A stretch of 64,000 nt of DNA from Raillietiella orientalis (GCA_036172245.1 JAYWIR010000030.1:2356001-2420000); one strand, 5' to 3'; counted from the stretch's first letter, positions 51,421 to 64,000 are shown. Numbers and translations: made by a program. Notes: generated from the sequence alone by a model not told the origin.

Positions 51421-53199
51421 CCCCCCTGGAGGCCACAGCTGGGAGTGAAGAAGCAGCACCGAAAAATGATCGATGCGAGAGGTCACTACTGCTCATGTTC
51501 AGACTCAGCAGTAGTGATTTCTTAACCCTTTGAGTGCTATGGACGCATACATGCGTTTGGCAAATGTTTTTTACCTCATACTCGCGACACACGTTAACAC
51601 CATCAAAGTTTGAAATGGACACATAGGCTTACGTTCTTATAATTCCCTCAGCAATCACAGGAAACAAAATTCTATTCATATCGGTTTTCCAGAAAATCAT
51701 CTCTGAAAAAACGAGAATGGCATAAGATTGTAGCTGTGTCGTGTATAATTATTATACTGTATCACATCCAAATGAATTATTGATTTTATTGGAATTATAA
51801 TTATAATTTTTAAAGAAATAATATATGTTTGGGAAAATGAGCAGATTTTATTTAATGTAATTTAAATAAAAAATTATAATAGTTACTTTAATGAGCACTT
51901 TATAAAGTCAATCCGTACCTCGATAGAGCACGCGGTACGCAAAAAAGCATTCCCTTTCACAGAGATCGCAGCGGCGACTCGCGTGCCGTCAGCACGGAAC
52001 GTTTCGATCTTATGAGCTCCTCACCCAAAGGGCTTATTTAAAGACTCCCACGTCCACTTCCTGCAAGGTCCCCATGCTAGTCTGGTCGCGACCCGAGGAG
52101 AAGTGCAAAGAGAATGGCAGTCTCCTCGAAGCACCAGACTCATGAGCCACGCGCTGGGAAGCTCCTCAGCTACTCAGAGAGAGCCCGCAGAGGCAACCAG
52201 GGGGCCGCAGGACCGAGCTCTCGAAAACTGCTGCGAGAGGCCGTGAGGGCCTGTTGCGTCCTGTGTGCCTTTCGAGGGAAGACCTGCCTGATGAGAGAGA
52301 CGTCACGGGTGAGAAAGCTAGGGGCTGCCCCCCGCGAGGGGCGGCCATGGCACAGGGCGGCAGGATTTGCCGCGCCACGCAGAGACTCTCTTTTTTGCGA
52401 GCGGGACCTCTCCTCCCCTCCTTCCTTGGTCGCTTTCATGCCCCCTTCTTTCCTCTTCATTTTACCTCTGCGCTCGTCCTCCGTCTGTTCCGACTGAATA
52501 AAAGTCTGATTGGAAAATCCGCGGAGCAACGAAAGGGCTTCCCTTCCTCGTCCGATGAATCCGGGGAGATGGAACGGATGCTGCGGTCTCTGGGGAAGGA
52601 AAGGAGGGGGTAAGGGAGGAAGCCAGAACGAATAGAGAGCTCTTGCTCTCTGTTTCCGACTTGAGAGTCCTTTGAGGAACGCGGGATTCGCCGCGAGTGT
52701 CACGCCGAAGATGCGTGATGCAACAGAAAATGAGAAGAGAGGACATACCTGGGAAATGGCAGGCAGGGAGAGAGAGCGCACGTCTCGACCTACTTTCCTC
52801 CCTGCCTCCCCACTTCCTCCTCCTTCCTACTCCCCTGGCGATCGCCTTGCACCTGCCGGAGAATCCGTGCTCTTCAACAGAGTCTCTACAGGCAATCGCC
52901 AGCCTCCGGCCCGCCATCCCTAACCCCTCGGGGTCATGCCAGGAAGGAGAAGAGAGGCACTCAGGACACCAGGAGATGTGTTCTGCTAGCCTTTCGCCCC
53001 CGCGTCAGTCTCCCGCTTTTATTTTATTTTTTCCACCCTCCGCCGCGGCTGCCGCTGGCAGACACTTGCCCAGCGCGAGCACAGGAAGGACAGGGTACGC
53101 TCGCCTCTCCCCAAACTCTCCCAGGAAACGGGAGGGATGCAAAACAAGAAAGGTAATATAGCTCGGGAGAGAAGCGGCCGTGGAAGTTCTGCCTGATTT

Positions 53200-53600
53200 A
53201 TGTCTTGGCGCATACGGACGTCTCGTGAGGAGAGAGCCAGAACGGAAGAGTCTCTCCCTTGCTGGGCTCCTCCGGTTTCGAGGAAAAGAGGGGGAGGGGA
53301 TGGCTAGGAACGCGAGCGCTTCCTGACACCCGCGGAGGGAAAGGGGACTGGGAGCTACGCGAGTGCTACAGGTCGAGGTCAGGCATAGCGTTCTCGTGGG
53401 GACGCCTTCGCCAGATGGGCCGTCATGCGAGTGTAGCCGTCTCCAGGTTCCTTCCTCTCTCTCCTAGGATACTCTGCCTCCGCCGTCGCAGCTATGCCAC
53501 GAAAAAATACTGCCCGCGCCGCAGCAACGGGGGTAATCGCTGGAATCGATACGGCGTCTTCTTGCCTACATGAGCTGGGAGAGCGCGGGTGTGCTCCCCG
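53200..53600 (+). mobile_element. Possible APE endonuclease fragment
   Basis: RSRSGIAF, PRIL and YGVFLP at APE-like spacing; weak. Confidence 0.28.
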
Positions 53601-54639
53601 TGAGGCGGGAAGCAGGAAGAGGGAAGAAGAGAAGGAAAGAAAGAAGAAGAAAAAATCGAAAACCTAATTGCCCGACTTACTCGGACACGAAGCCCGTGGC
53701 TCGCTTGCCGTCAGAAAAGAGGCCCTCACCGACAGCGGTGACGAAACCAAGTCGGAAGGATCTATAAATAGCCGCTTCCCGATAGCGGCGGAAAACCCGC
53801 GGTATACTCGTTAGGCACGTTTCCCGGGAAACGCAGGTAGAACGGGATGGAAAAGGTTGTTTAGCGTGCGTGCGTGTGCGTGCGAGCGTGCGGGCGTGCG
53901 TGCTCGCTCTCGGACAGCTCCTTTCGCCTCCCTCCCTCCCCTCCTTTCCGCAAATTGCGAAGACAGAAAAAAAAAAGGGGGGGGGGGGAGCTGTAGTACC
54001 CGAGTCACCGCTGCACCCACTCGCTTTCCTTGCTACCAGTTCCTGTTTCGCATACCTGGACTGGGCTTATGGGTCCAGGAGAGAGCTCCGATCCCAACTC
54101 GGCAAGTCCGCCTGCCCATTGCAGCGCCCGAGCAGCGCGAGAACACTCTCAGCGTTCGAACACCTTAAATCAACACGTTCTTTCCGTGGAAGCTGTAGAA
54201 GATATCTGGGAACGTTTCTACAGGAACAGCCGCACCTAAAAAAAGGGGGTTCCCTCAATCGGAGCAACACGCAGTGCCGTGTGTAAACACGCATCAAAGG
54301 TAGACAGAGCGACATGTGGCATCCGTCCAGCGGGTCCATGCGGCTCCACGTGTCGTGGCAATGCGTGCCTCAGAGTGCGAGCTGCGGATGAAGAAGGAAA
54401 GCAAGTGCGACAGGGAGCTTCGAGAGGATGAGCTTAGCCTGATGGACTGAAGGATGATGAGCAAAAGAGGGAAGAACAAGCGCTCTGGAATTCAGCCGCT
54501 CACGAACACGCTTACACTAAAATGGCGCCTTCCCTTCGTACGAGGGAAGACGCTGCCACTGCTGCAGTAGAACAGCGTCCACGGCATCTACGAAGGCTGG
54601 AGCTGAGGACGGCATCTGAAACTAAGTAGAAAACCAAAA

Positions 54640-56690
54640 TCATTTGTTTTTCGATTCGGAAAGGGATTCTTTTTTATTTATGAGCGTAGAATCGTCCCCC
54701 GAACATTTGCGCTAATTTATTGCATGCATGCTTGTGATAAAAATCTGGGATTTGCTTTTTACGTTACATTGCATAAAATGAAGCTTTTCTCCTTCTTGAA
54801 AGATTAATTTTGCAATTTCCTGCAAATCGAGGAACGAATTCGCCTGAAACATGAAGCCTGAGGAAGACCGCGGAATAAGTGCTTGTCCTCGGAGTAGATA
54901 CTCGACCGCTATGGAAGCAATGAAAGTAGCAGAAATTCAACGAAAATATCACCCCTTGGAAATGACGTTTTCCTCGAGTTCTGAGCCACATTCTGGAACG
55001 CCAGAAAGGCTATGGAAAAATTCGAGGGACTTTTCCAGAAGCTGCCGATCTGAGTAATCAATTAGCAACTATCGAAGCGGACTATCACGGAAGCGCCGCG
55101 GCAGCCTCCCCGGACCAAATAAATATCCACTTGCTTCGCTATGCTCTCCTTCTACTTTCAAGACCGCAAGTTGCCAGAGGATTCCAATTACTTCCAGAAG
55201 GCGGAATTCGGGCGAATTCAAATTCCGGCAAAACTCCATCTGCGGGGGCATCCGCGGAAGCGAAAGTGACTCTGCGGTTATCTGATTCGTTTCCTTTCCG
55301 GTTCATCATTTTGACTGTTAACGCTTCCGCGAATAGAAATTCTGAGTGGTGTGCCTTCTGGTACAGCTGGACTGATCTCCAAGAGGACAAGGACTGGTAC
55401 AGCACGCGTTCTTGCCACCTCGCATTGTCTGGCTCTTATGGTTATACTGTTAGACCAATCAAAAATTCGAAAGATGCGAGCGAAAGGAAAGAGCACGTCC
55501 CTTCTTGCGGCAAAGAGTTCGTGTGCTCATGGATACAGAGTAGTGGATCCAGAAGAGCTTTGGTTCGGAGATTCGTGCACGAAGAGATCAGAGGATTGCA
55601 GCAGCCTGTTAACGATGACATCCGCATTGTGAGCCATCTGAGACCTGGCGGCCGCTCGCAGTCCTCCGCAGCAAGCCACATCCGCAAGGAGAGGAGATGG
55701 GCAGAAGGTCTTGAAAGCTGCTCAAGAGCTCTTTCTGGCGACCTAGAGGACTCCCTTTCGATTGATCTTGCGCGTTACTTTGTTCTCCTCGGGGTCAGCT
55801 CCCGTTCAGGATGCGTTGAAATACACGAGCCTCTTAGAGATAAAGTACGCTCGCGAAGCAAGAAGTCACGTGATTGGATCCCCCCCGAAAGCCCCAGCTT
55901 CAGCTCGTCATGGATTAAGAATATGATGCAAAGCAATGTTATGAGATCCCTGTCTTCCGTAAGCATGAGGAGTAGTCCACGAGGCCTGCCAACGAAACAC
56001 CGCTCTCAAGAGTCCCTTTCTTCTTAGCACACACCTACCTGAAGAGACATTCTTCGACGAGGCATTCCAGCTCAATATTCTCCCCGCCACCAGAATACTC
56101 TCTATGGAAACGGCAAAATGAAACGAATTCCTAACGAACGGAAAACCAAAGTTCCAAGCGTGGAAGCGTGGCAAACGTGAAGAAGAATCTTTGCCATCCT
56201 TGATGGAAATGCATCCGGCTTTAGAAATTCAACAGTTGCTGCCAGTACCTCAAGAGTCAAGGAATGCTGTTCCACAGGATGAGGTCGACTAACTGAGCCG
56301 CGCAGGTGCTGCAAGTGATCATGCGTGTCTCGTCCTTGTTGGGAGGCGAATTAGGAATCGCATGGAAACCGCTCGTTGAAAACGCTCTCAATCCTTTCTG
56401 TCCTGCAGCCTGGGAAACGAAGCCAAAGGAAAGAAACTCGCGGACAAGCGAAGCAAAAAACAAATCTGGTAGAGCTCAAAATGGTGCCACCGAATCCCGG
56501 ATTCAACGTCGGATTCAACCTTTCGGGAGCATTGATAAAGGCTGAAGTCCGAAACATTGGACTCATTCTGATACAACTTTACGATTATTTGCTTACGGCT
56601 AGGAATCTTCATTTCATTTTATTTTATTTTTTTTGCAGATTCTATTCACACATTCGAGCGCTTGTTTTCCACCCTGTTCATGGGCGAGCA
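54640..56690 (+). mobile_element. Decayed THAP/P-element transposase
   Basis: VFRFGK (~54646-54663), SLPGP (~55101-55115), SHIRKERR (~55674-55697; cf. PHLLK..RN), IFAILDG (~56186-56206), YDYLLTARNL (~56579-56610; cf. YLLT-x-RL), RFYSHIRA (~56637-56660; cf. FFS-x-IR). Confidence 0.6.
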
Positions 56691-58009
56691 AGACAAAAAA
56701 ACACCTAGGAAGAATTCTTCGAATCCTCTGTCCTCTGGAATCGATTGAAACGCAATAAAAGGGCCTTCGCAGATCATCAACGAGACCAATTGATGCGAGG
56801 CTGTTCTTCCATTTTCATTTTTCAATCGCTGGAAGCAGCATTAATTTTACATCATCTGCTAAATGATTCTCAGAAATTTCCTGGATCGATTTCCCTTTGC
56901 TTGCATGACTGGCAGTCTTAAAATCTTTGTAAATAATGAAGTCAACATGCTGCAGAAGACGATGAAAGAGCTTGTTAGTCGGAGGAACGGATGTGACAGC
57001 TTCCTGGAGAATTTGATAGCGAAGCTTTCTTGGGAAGGAGGGTAAGGAACCGAGTACAAGAACAATCTTCCGAGATGGGTGCACACAGGGATTCCCGCAA
57101 CAGTAGAGTCACAGGAGAACTGTGGTTCGGGGCCTGATTTACCTCGTCTGACATGATGGCTCCACTCTAAGGCAATGCTGCGTAGGCAGGGTACATGGAA
57201 ATAAACCAGAGACCTTGGTTGAACTTGAGCTGCAGGGACACTCACCAGAGCTGCAGCCGGAAAGCGGCGGCCACGAGGAACAAGAAAGTCTTCTGTGACG
57301 TGCATGATTAACCGATGGCTTCCTTTGAGGGGGTGGAGGGAGGCGTATTTTTGATTACTTGTGAAGGAGTATTTTGTTCCAAGGCTTGACTTTGGTTCTT
57401 CTGCTTGTTGTCTGCTCCGCGGAGTGGAACGGAAAATGTCGACCTTCAAACCAAGGCGATAGCGGGTTGCCTCGATCAATCTTTGTCAAACACGTAATTA
57501 GTGTATGATTCATAGATGTCCCAACATTCCGCGGCAGAAATGTCACGGGACAGTCGCCTTCTTGCGGATCAGAAGACGCGAGCATGGAACAGAAAGCGAG
57601 GCGAGCGTCGTGAAAGAGCAGCGTCGCTACTGAATTCCCGAGTCTGCGTTTCCGTCTCCGGGGGACTTTCGGAGCGGTTTTTCGGAGCTGCTGCGGATCT
57701 CTCTGAAAATCGCCGGTTGGAGCTGGAAGACCCGAAGGCGTGCCAGAACGAGGCCTTCTTACTCTTCTTCCGGGCTGCACGATGCGCAGCGCTTAGAGCA
57801 CCAGTGAGTCCCAAAGGGGTGTTCGGAAGATGAACAAGGGAAGAAAGGACCCTGCTTCTGCAAAAGATGTCAATGCGGTCCGTCGTTCAGTTCCGATTAG
57901 CATATTGAGCCCATCTCGTTTTGATTGCTTATCTATCTTTCATTAGCACTTCCAGTTGTCTTCTCTGCTGGAAAACACGAGGCGATCGAGCAGGAACTCT
58001 TCCGTACAT

Positions 58010-58660
58010 CCGGGACGCTTTTGCTCACGGGCTGCATATCTAAACGAAAAGCAGCCTTTGCTCTGATTTCCCGAATTCCTCGCTGAGTTTCCTCAAGTGA
58101 GTGCCACCTTTGACCGCTGTGCAACTCATCAAGCAGAACTGCTGATTGTTCACAAACACTTGCACAGCTTGGTCTCATTCCAACAACACAGTGTGCTCTC
58201 CTTCTCGCTCCAGAGCAGATGCAGCTACCTCAAGCAGCTTGGAAACGAAACGATTTCCTTTGTGCTTGGAAGCTGAACAGTATCGAATGAAGCAGAAAGA
58301 AAAAATCATTTCATGACTGCTCCAGTTCATGAAATGGGCTGCTTCTGTGAACCGGTTTACATCTCTCAGATGTGTATCTAGGATGCTTTTGGCTTCGCCC
58401 CATTGTGCCTATAACAACCTGACATTCTGCATGATGAAAAGGATGTTCATTTTTCAGAAAGGCTTTGGACACGCATCTGTTTTCTTGCCCTCAGAAAGCT
58501 ATTGCTACTTTTCCTTTTCGATGGCAAAAATGCGACCGGAGATGAGTGAGGCTAAAAATAGAAAGCGCTGTTGTGTTTTCCATTACCCTCGAAGACATAC
58601 CACGAGCCCATGCTGAAGACGTGGCACTGCGATTGATTCGTACCAGGAAGCATTTCCGAA
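58010..58660 (+). mobile_element. Possible C-terminal tail of a P-element transposase, separated from the core by ~1.3 kb
   Basis: LTGCISKRK, a Cys pair, GLIP and HAEDVALRLIRTRKHF resemble the P/THAP9 tail; weak. Confidence 0.33.
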
Positions 58661-59456
58661 TCCCGGAACAGGGACATTGCAATTTAGGATACGCGTGCCA
58701 TTGCTTACAAGAGAAATGGATCGTTTATTTAAAGTTGCGCATTCTTGTTAACGGCTGGTGAATTTACCGAGACGGACGGCACAAGCGTCTCTCTCTTGGG
58801 CCATCATCGCATGGGAAAGTATATGGGAGACTTGGTCGTACTAGATGGCTGACACAACAGCATGAGGGATGAACATGGCAGGAGTTCTGCTGGTCAGCTA
58901 ATGCGCGCGAACGTTCCAGCAAGCTCCGCTGTTATTTATAACAAGAAGATGATCGCGAAGTCGACAACGCGAAGGAAACTTCCAGGTCTCCGGAGAATCA
59001 TACTCGATGTATTTTTCAGGATTACCGCTGCTTGTGGATGAAAACGTTGCTGGATGAACTCTCCTGTGAGCTCCTTGCGATCACAGGAACTTGGAAACTA
59101 GAGCGCGAGCGCAGTTGTTTCATCTTCTCTGGAACGAGCTGAAAATGAACCCGTCCTTCCAGCGAGTGTCTGAATGTTTGAGCACGGACGAATGTCGTTG
59201 ATTTCTGTCTTCTGCCTGTTAATCGTCTGCTGTGGAATGGATGCTGAGGTTCTCTCTCTCGAAAGCGTGCTTCATCCTGGATTTTTTCTTCTTCCTTTGA
59301 GGGTTGGAAAAGGCCAAAGCATCCAGCAGGAAACCTCATGCCGGTGCAGGATTCACACTGGAAGCAAACTGCTCGCATCTTGAGGCCTCAGTTTCGAAAT
59401 TCTTTCACGTTCCCTCTTTTGAGGTTTCCTCTATCAAGCAGACCATCACGTGTGTG

Positions 59457-60400
59457 TTTTATTTATTGGAGGCTGGAAGCACGTGACGGATTGCCAACCG
59501 GAGCGAAAACGGAGCAAAGTCAAACATGTGCAGTGGGGTACCGGGGGGTCCACTCCACGAGACCCTTGCGGACTACGGATTGTGTGGATTGTTTCTCGAC
59601 CTTCGTTGCTTCGCAGCTTTCCTTGTGGCGTATCGATTTCTCGAACTCTGGAAGGTGGCTTCTCAAAACGGGAATGACAGGAAGCGAACACAGGGAGACG
59701 CGCTCTTTATGATAGAGACCCTCAAGAGAGAAATGGGTTGAATTTGGCTCGGCCCTGGGGCGCGTGGGTCCGTCCTCGGAGCACACACTGCGCGCGCCCC
59801 ACTCCTCGATGGTAAATCGGATCATTCCCGGAATTAGAAGACTCCAAGAGTATCTCCAGCAGTGTCGCCGCGGCCCAAAGGCGCAGAGTAGACAGGGGAA
59901 CCGGAAGCAACCAGATAGGGGAAGAGGGATGGAACACCCTGGGTGCGTAGGGACAGCAAACCAGGAGCAGGGCGTCCGTGCCTCCCTTGCTCCCAGCCTT
60001 GTTCTCCCACGTCTGTGGGAATGCGCCTCGCCGCGCAGCCGAGGTCCATTCCGCTGTAAGCACGCCTGAGCCAGATTGGCCCCCACAGCATTGGAACCAT
60101 TCCCTCTCCACCACCTTGGTGAACTTAATGGCTGCGGAGTGCTCTGATGAGGGGATGAATTGGATTTCGGATTCGAAATGGCGCGTTGGGGTTTATGACG
60201 ACAATTTTGCGCTCGCGTGGCATTCCTGGAGAAGACGAATCTTCCACAGATGCGGAGTTTGCTCGAACGGTTTCCTATTGGATCACTATAACGAAGGAAG
60301 ATTAATGAAACAGCCATTTCCCTACGAACCTGAAGTAGATAAACATCGACCAGTTCCATTTGGAATTCTATTCTTCCCCATCATGCGCTGTCTCGGCGTC
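59457..60400 (-). mobile_element. Tx1-like ORF1 remnant ending at AATAAATAAAA
   Basis: VDVYLLQVRRE...FLRYSDP in the 59520-60359 minus ORF with a downstream Cys/His segment; overlapping AATAAA on the minus strand at 59457-59467. Confidence 0.4.
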
Positions 60401-60470
60401 CTTCCCCCTGTAGAAGAGAGCGGTTCTGACTAATCTTATCAAAGATTTATCTATTTTTTCTACTTATTCC

Positions 60471-61890
60471 TTTTTTTTTTTTTGAGAAAAATACCAAGCA
60501 GCAACTACGGTAATTAAATGTTGATTAATGACGGCATAACTGTCAAACGAAATGAAAATTTTGAATGATTTTGAACAGCAGCTCGACAGCTTTATTACGG
60601 TGCCGTCGAGAACGCTGCCGAGGGTGGAGCTGCAGCAGGAAGGGGCTCTTGCAGAGGGTGAACCAAGTAACGCTTTCTTTTGCTCTTCCCATCGCAGATT
60701 TGGCGTACCTGTCGAGCGCAGAGAGATAATTGGACGAGCCGAGATCAGTAGCATGGAAACGTGGAGATGCTCTGCAGACGGCATGCGAATCGTCTCGGTG
60801 AGTGTCGCTCCTGCGGGCGGTGGCGCCGGGTGGCCCGCAAACCCTTCCGCTCGCAAGGCGCGCCTCCCCCCGTGCGTGCCCGGCACGGGTTTCGCGTCCC
60901 CGACTCCTCCCGGACGAATCGATAGCCCTCGCAGGGGCAGGAGGAAACGGAGTTGCCGCGAGTAACCGGTCCGCGTGCCTGGAGATCCCACGTGGGAAAT
61001 GAGGCGCCGGCACCACCACCCTTCCCGTTCCCCACCCGCCTTCGCAACACGCAGGGTGCGGCTGGAGAGCCGGGAACGGGCATGGGCACGTGTTGGACCC
61101 GACAAGCAAGGCGACCTCGCTTCCGTGATGCTCCGGGAAGCGTCCAAGAGCGAATCAAGCGAGACGGCGCTCCTCCCAAATGTTCACGTGCTGCCTGCTG
61201 GAGGCAGCGCCATCACTGCGCGAACCTCTTCGCTTCGGTCTGCCCTCGCCGGCGGCCGTGTGACTGCGGCCTCCGCGCGTTGTACAGAGCATCGCGGGTT
61301 CGAGTCCCCACTCGGGGGATCGACTCCAAGGAAATGGGGAAATGGGGCGCGTCGTGGGTTTCGGGTTCCATCCGCAAGATGACGCTGGTAAGCCCATTGA
61401 TGGAAGCCGGTTGCCTCTGTTGATCGGGCTCTGGGATTGGGAGTCGACCCTCCGGGGTCCTTCCGAGTTCCCCTTCGGTTGCGAATATGGGTCCGTAGCA
61501 CCATGGAGCTGGTTTGACGCCCTTCAGAGTGTCAAGCAGTCCCTCCGCGGAGCGCCCCTTCAGAAGAAATGGAGAATGGTCCCTTTGGTGGGGTTCCCCC
61601 GGATAGAGTAAGGAAGAGGTGGTTCCCTTCGGGATTCCCTCCCAATCATAAGAGATGAGATAAGGCGCCTCCCAAGCCTAAGAGAAACGGACTTCTTCCT
61701 CTTGAGTCCTACTGAATTCCCAGAGTGGTCTTCTCCAGGGATGCCCTCTAACTTGAAGAGCAACCGCACCCTTGAGTGACGTGGGGACGGTGCTAAAGAC
61801 CTTCGTGAGCCCGAGGCGAACGGTTCTCGAGTACTTTGCCTTTCGGTTGCTCCAGGTATCCCTGTCGAAAAATAGGGATTCCACATTCTC
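60471..61890 (-). mobile_element. Tx1-like ORF1 copy C plus truncated APE, terminating in A13
   Basis: Homologous to copies A and B (LLFKLEG, NQLHG, GGGTTCGAGTCCCCA); APE-like NKAVELLF (~60574-60598); T13 on the plus strand at 60471-60483 equals a poly(A) tail on the element strand. Confidence 0.55.
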
Positions 61891-64000
61891 ATTTTCCAGC
61901 GAAACGTTCCCTTCGAGAACCCCTCCTGGTTTGTCCTTTTAAAAAAAAAATGAAATAGGATAAAGTGATACTACACTTTGATAAAAATATGAAAAAGCGA
62001 GGAAACTTTCCGGAAGAACTGCCGAGCCAAATCCGCCCTCTTCCCTCGGGGCATCGGAGCCGCGCGCGCCTTCCGGCGCTTCGTAGCTGTCATCGCGGCA
62101 CGTCCCTGTTTTGCGTCTGCAAGCCAAAGGCTGATCGGGAGATGTTTCGGTGTGGGGCGTTTTCCCGTTGGGGGGGGGGGGGGGGACTTGCGTTCGCCGC
62201 CAGACCTCCGCTTGGGTTTTGACTGCGTGGACGCAAAGGTCCTCATCTGGAGACCGGAAACGGCGTCCGCCGATCACCGCCGCCACGGCCACCTGCAACA
62301 CCGGGCTCGACTGCTCCTTCCTTCCGAGACACTGGCAGAGGGGTCGTGTGTCAAACAAATTTACAATTAAATCCTACTTCAATATAAAATTACATACATA
62401 ATCCAAATTTTAAACATTGTAGTTCACTAATATTCCTTTTCATGCTACATCTTGATTAAAACTTTTAATTACCCTCTATTAAGAAAATTAGTTACTCTTA
62501 AATAATCGAATCAACAATATACAACACCAAAAAAGTAAGCTCCTCACGAATTATCATTTACTAAACAAACTCCTTTACCCCTCCTTCACCAACTTGTCCG
62601 AAGAGGGAAGCGGCAAGGCTGGACTTGAGGTTGCAGCGATCGCAAAGGGGGCTTTCCGACGTGGGGGGAGGGGATAGCAGGAAGCGGGAAAGAAACCGAA
62701 CGGCAGGGTTCTCTGCCTGGAAAGCTGTCCAGGAATGTACGACGCTCCGGGAAAGAGGTGGAGCCCCGTCGGGTTGCTCGGAATCGGACGACTTGCGAAA
62801 CATCGAAGGGACCCCGGGATCGAATGGTCAGCGACCGTGGTCATCCTCGACGACAGCGCATCTGAAGCAGGGAAGGCCGCATTTTTCTTCCTCTCCTCCT
62901 TTCCTGGACGCCGCTAAGGGACACGCTTCCTGGGAGAAAGACCATCCTTCCTTTGCAACGCTCGCGGTTCCACGGGTCAGCGCACCTGAACATTACAAAC
63001 CTATAGCCGCGAGGGTTCCTAGCTGCTCCTGGATCACCAGGGAAACTCGCCAGGAGCTGCACTGCGTTCTGCCCTTGTTGAAGGGGGTCGGAATGAGCCT
63101 ATTCATCCTTTCGGCCGCAGTTCCGACTCGCTCCCACTTCACCGACCTCCTGCCGTTGGGTTTCCTCCAAGTCCGCCTTTCTCCTCCCGTTCACGAGGGG
63201 CTGTGATGGTTGGCAGAAGCTAATCGGAGGGAGCAACTTCCATTTTCTCCTTGCGCTCGGCACCAGAAGCAGCGCTGGCGCCCACTTGCGGATCCTTTTC
63301 CAAGTTGATAGGACCACCACACGAAGGAGTTCCGAACAAAAATGTTGCGCTCTTTCTTGTCCGAACGCGCTGCGTGTGGCTCCTATGGCAGGCCGACACT
63401 CGAAGGCACCGCACGCACCGTCCGCATGATGACTTCCGCCCCCTAACGTCATCCTCATCAACCAATGGCAATGCGGACTTTCAAGTTTGCGTCATCATCA
63501 GCTTCCCGGAGAACTCCGGGCGGATGCTGCGAAGTGACAGCCAACCTTCCCGTCTCCAGTGGCGGCGGCTCCCCACGAAAACTTCCCCACGGGAGGAAAT
63601 GTTGCATCGCGACACGCCATTCGACCTCTTTGTGCCCCCGGGGTCACGCTTACGTGTTCATCCGTGCACATCCGCACGCGTGCCCATCCGCACCAGCGGG
63701 AACTCACACGCGCGCGCTTTACATGCACGTCCGAGAGGCGTTTCCTTGGCAACCCGTGGAGCGTGCGACCGGGAGAGGAGCGCATTGCTGCCTGCGACGC
63801 AAGGGCGCTCCAAGTCGTGTACCGACCTGTACCGTACAGAAGAGGCGCTCTCGAATGACTCCTTCCGGGAGTCTCGACGAGTTTCGCCTCGAAAAGGAAA
63901 CATCCCTTGTGCCACGGGTGCCCTCGATCCCGGCGGCGGGCGACCCCTTCGTCTCCACATGCCCTCGAGCCTGACCCTTCCCAACGTGCCTCCGTCAAGG

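Noticed and set aside
62600..63400. LINE 3' end on the plus strand
   Set aside because: Only vague Cys/His spacing; cannot be supported.

Overview
GC-rich eukaryotic DNA, probably an invertebrate: the U2 fragment has the invertebrate-type GATCAAAGTGTAG. I find no intact protein-coding gene. Nearly all listed ORFs are chance or antisense frames over a dense, nested graveyard of heavily mutated mobile elements. These comprise many Tx1/L1-clade LINE pieces (ORF1 zinc knuckles, APE endonuclease, RT), one R2/NeSL/Utopia-type RT, three or four THAP/P-element transposase relics and a Ty3/Gypsy gag-protease relic. The firmest signals are (i) a 37-nt U2 snRNA 5' fragment (12215-12251, minus) joined at the known Keno/Utopia target site to a full-length-sized, decayed Tx1-like LINE; (ii) a ~0.8-kb inverted repeat pair (12615-13447 / 18468-19283); and (iii) an intronless, frameshifted CPSF1 (CPSF160) N-terminal fragment (33680-34704, minus). 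More tentative signals are a near full-length, intronless, highly decayed RNA polymerase second-largest subunit relic (about 29740-32830, plus), a set of ORF1-only or ORF1+truncated-APE LINE derivatives ending in AATAAA or poly(A), and a minus-strand bias of the relics resembling a piRNA cluster. All protein-motif calls were made by eye across frameshifts against remembered consensus motifs. Boundaries of decayed elements are approximate (about 100-200 bp).
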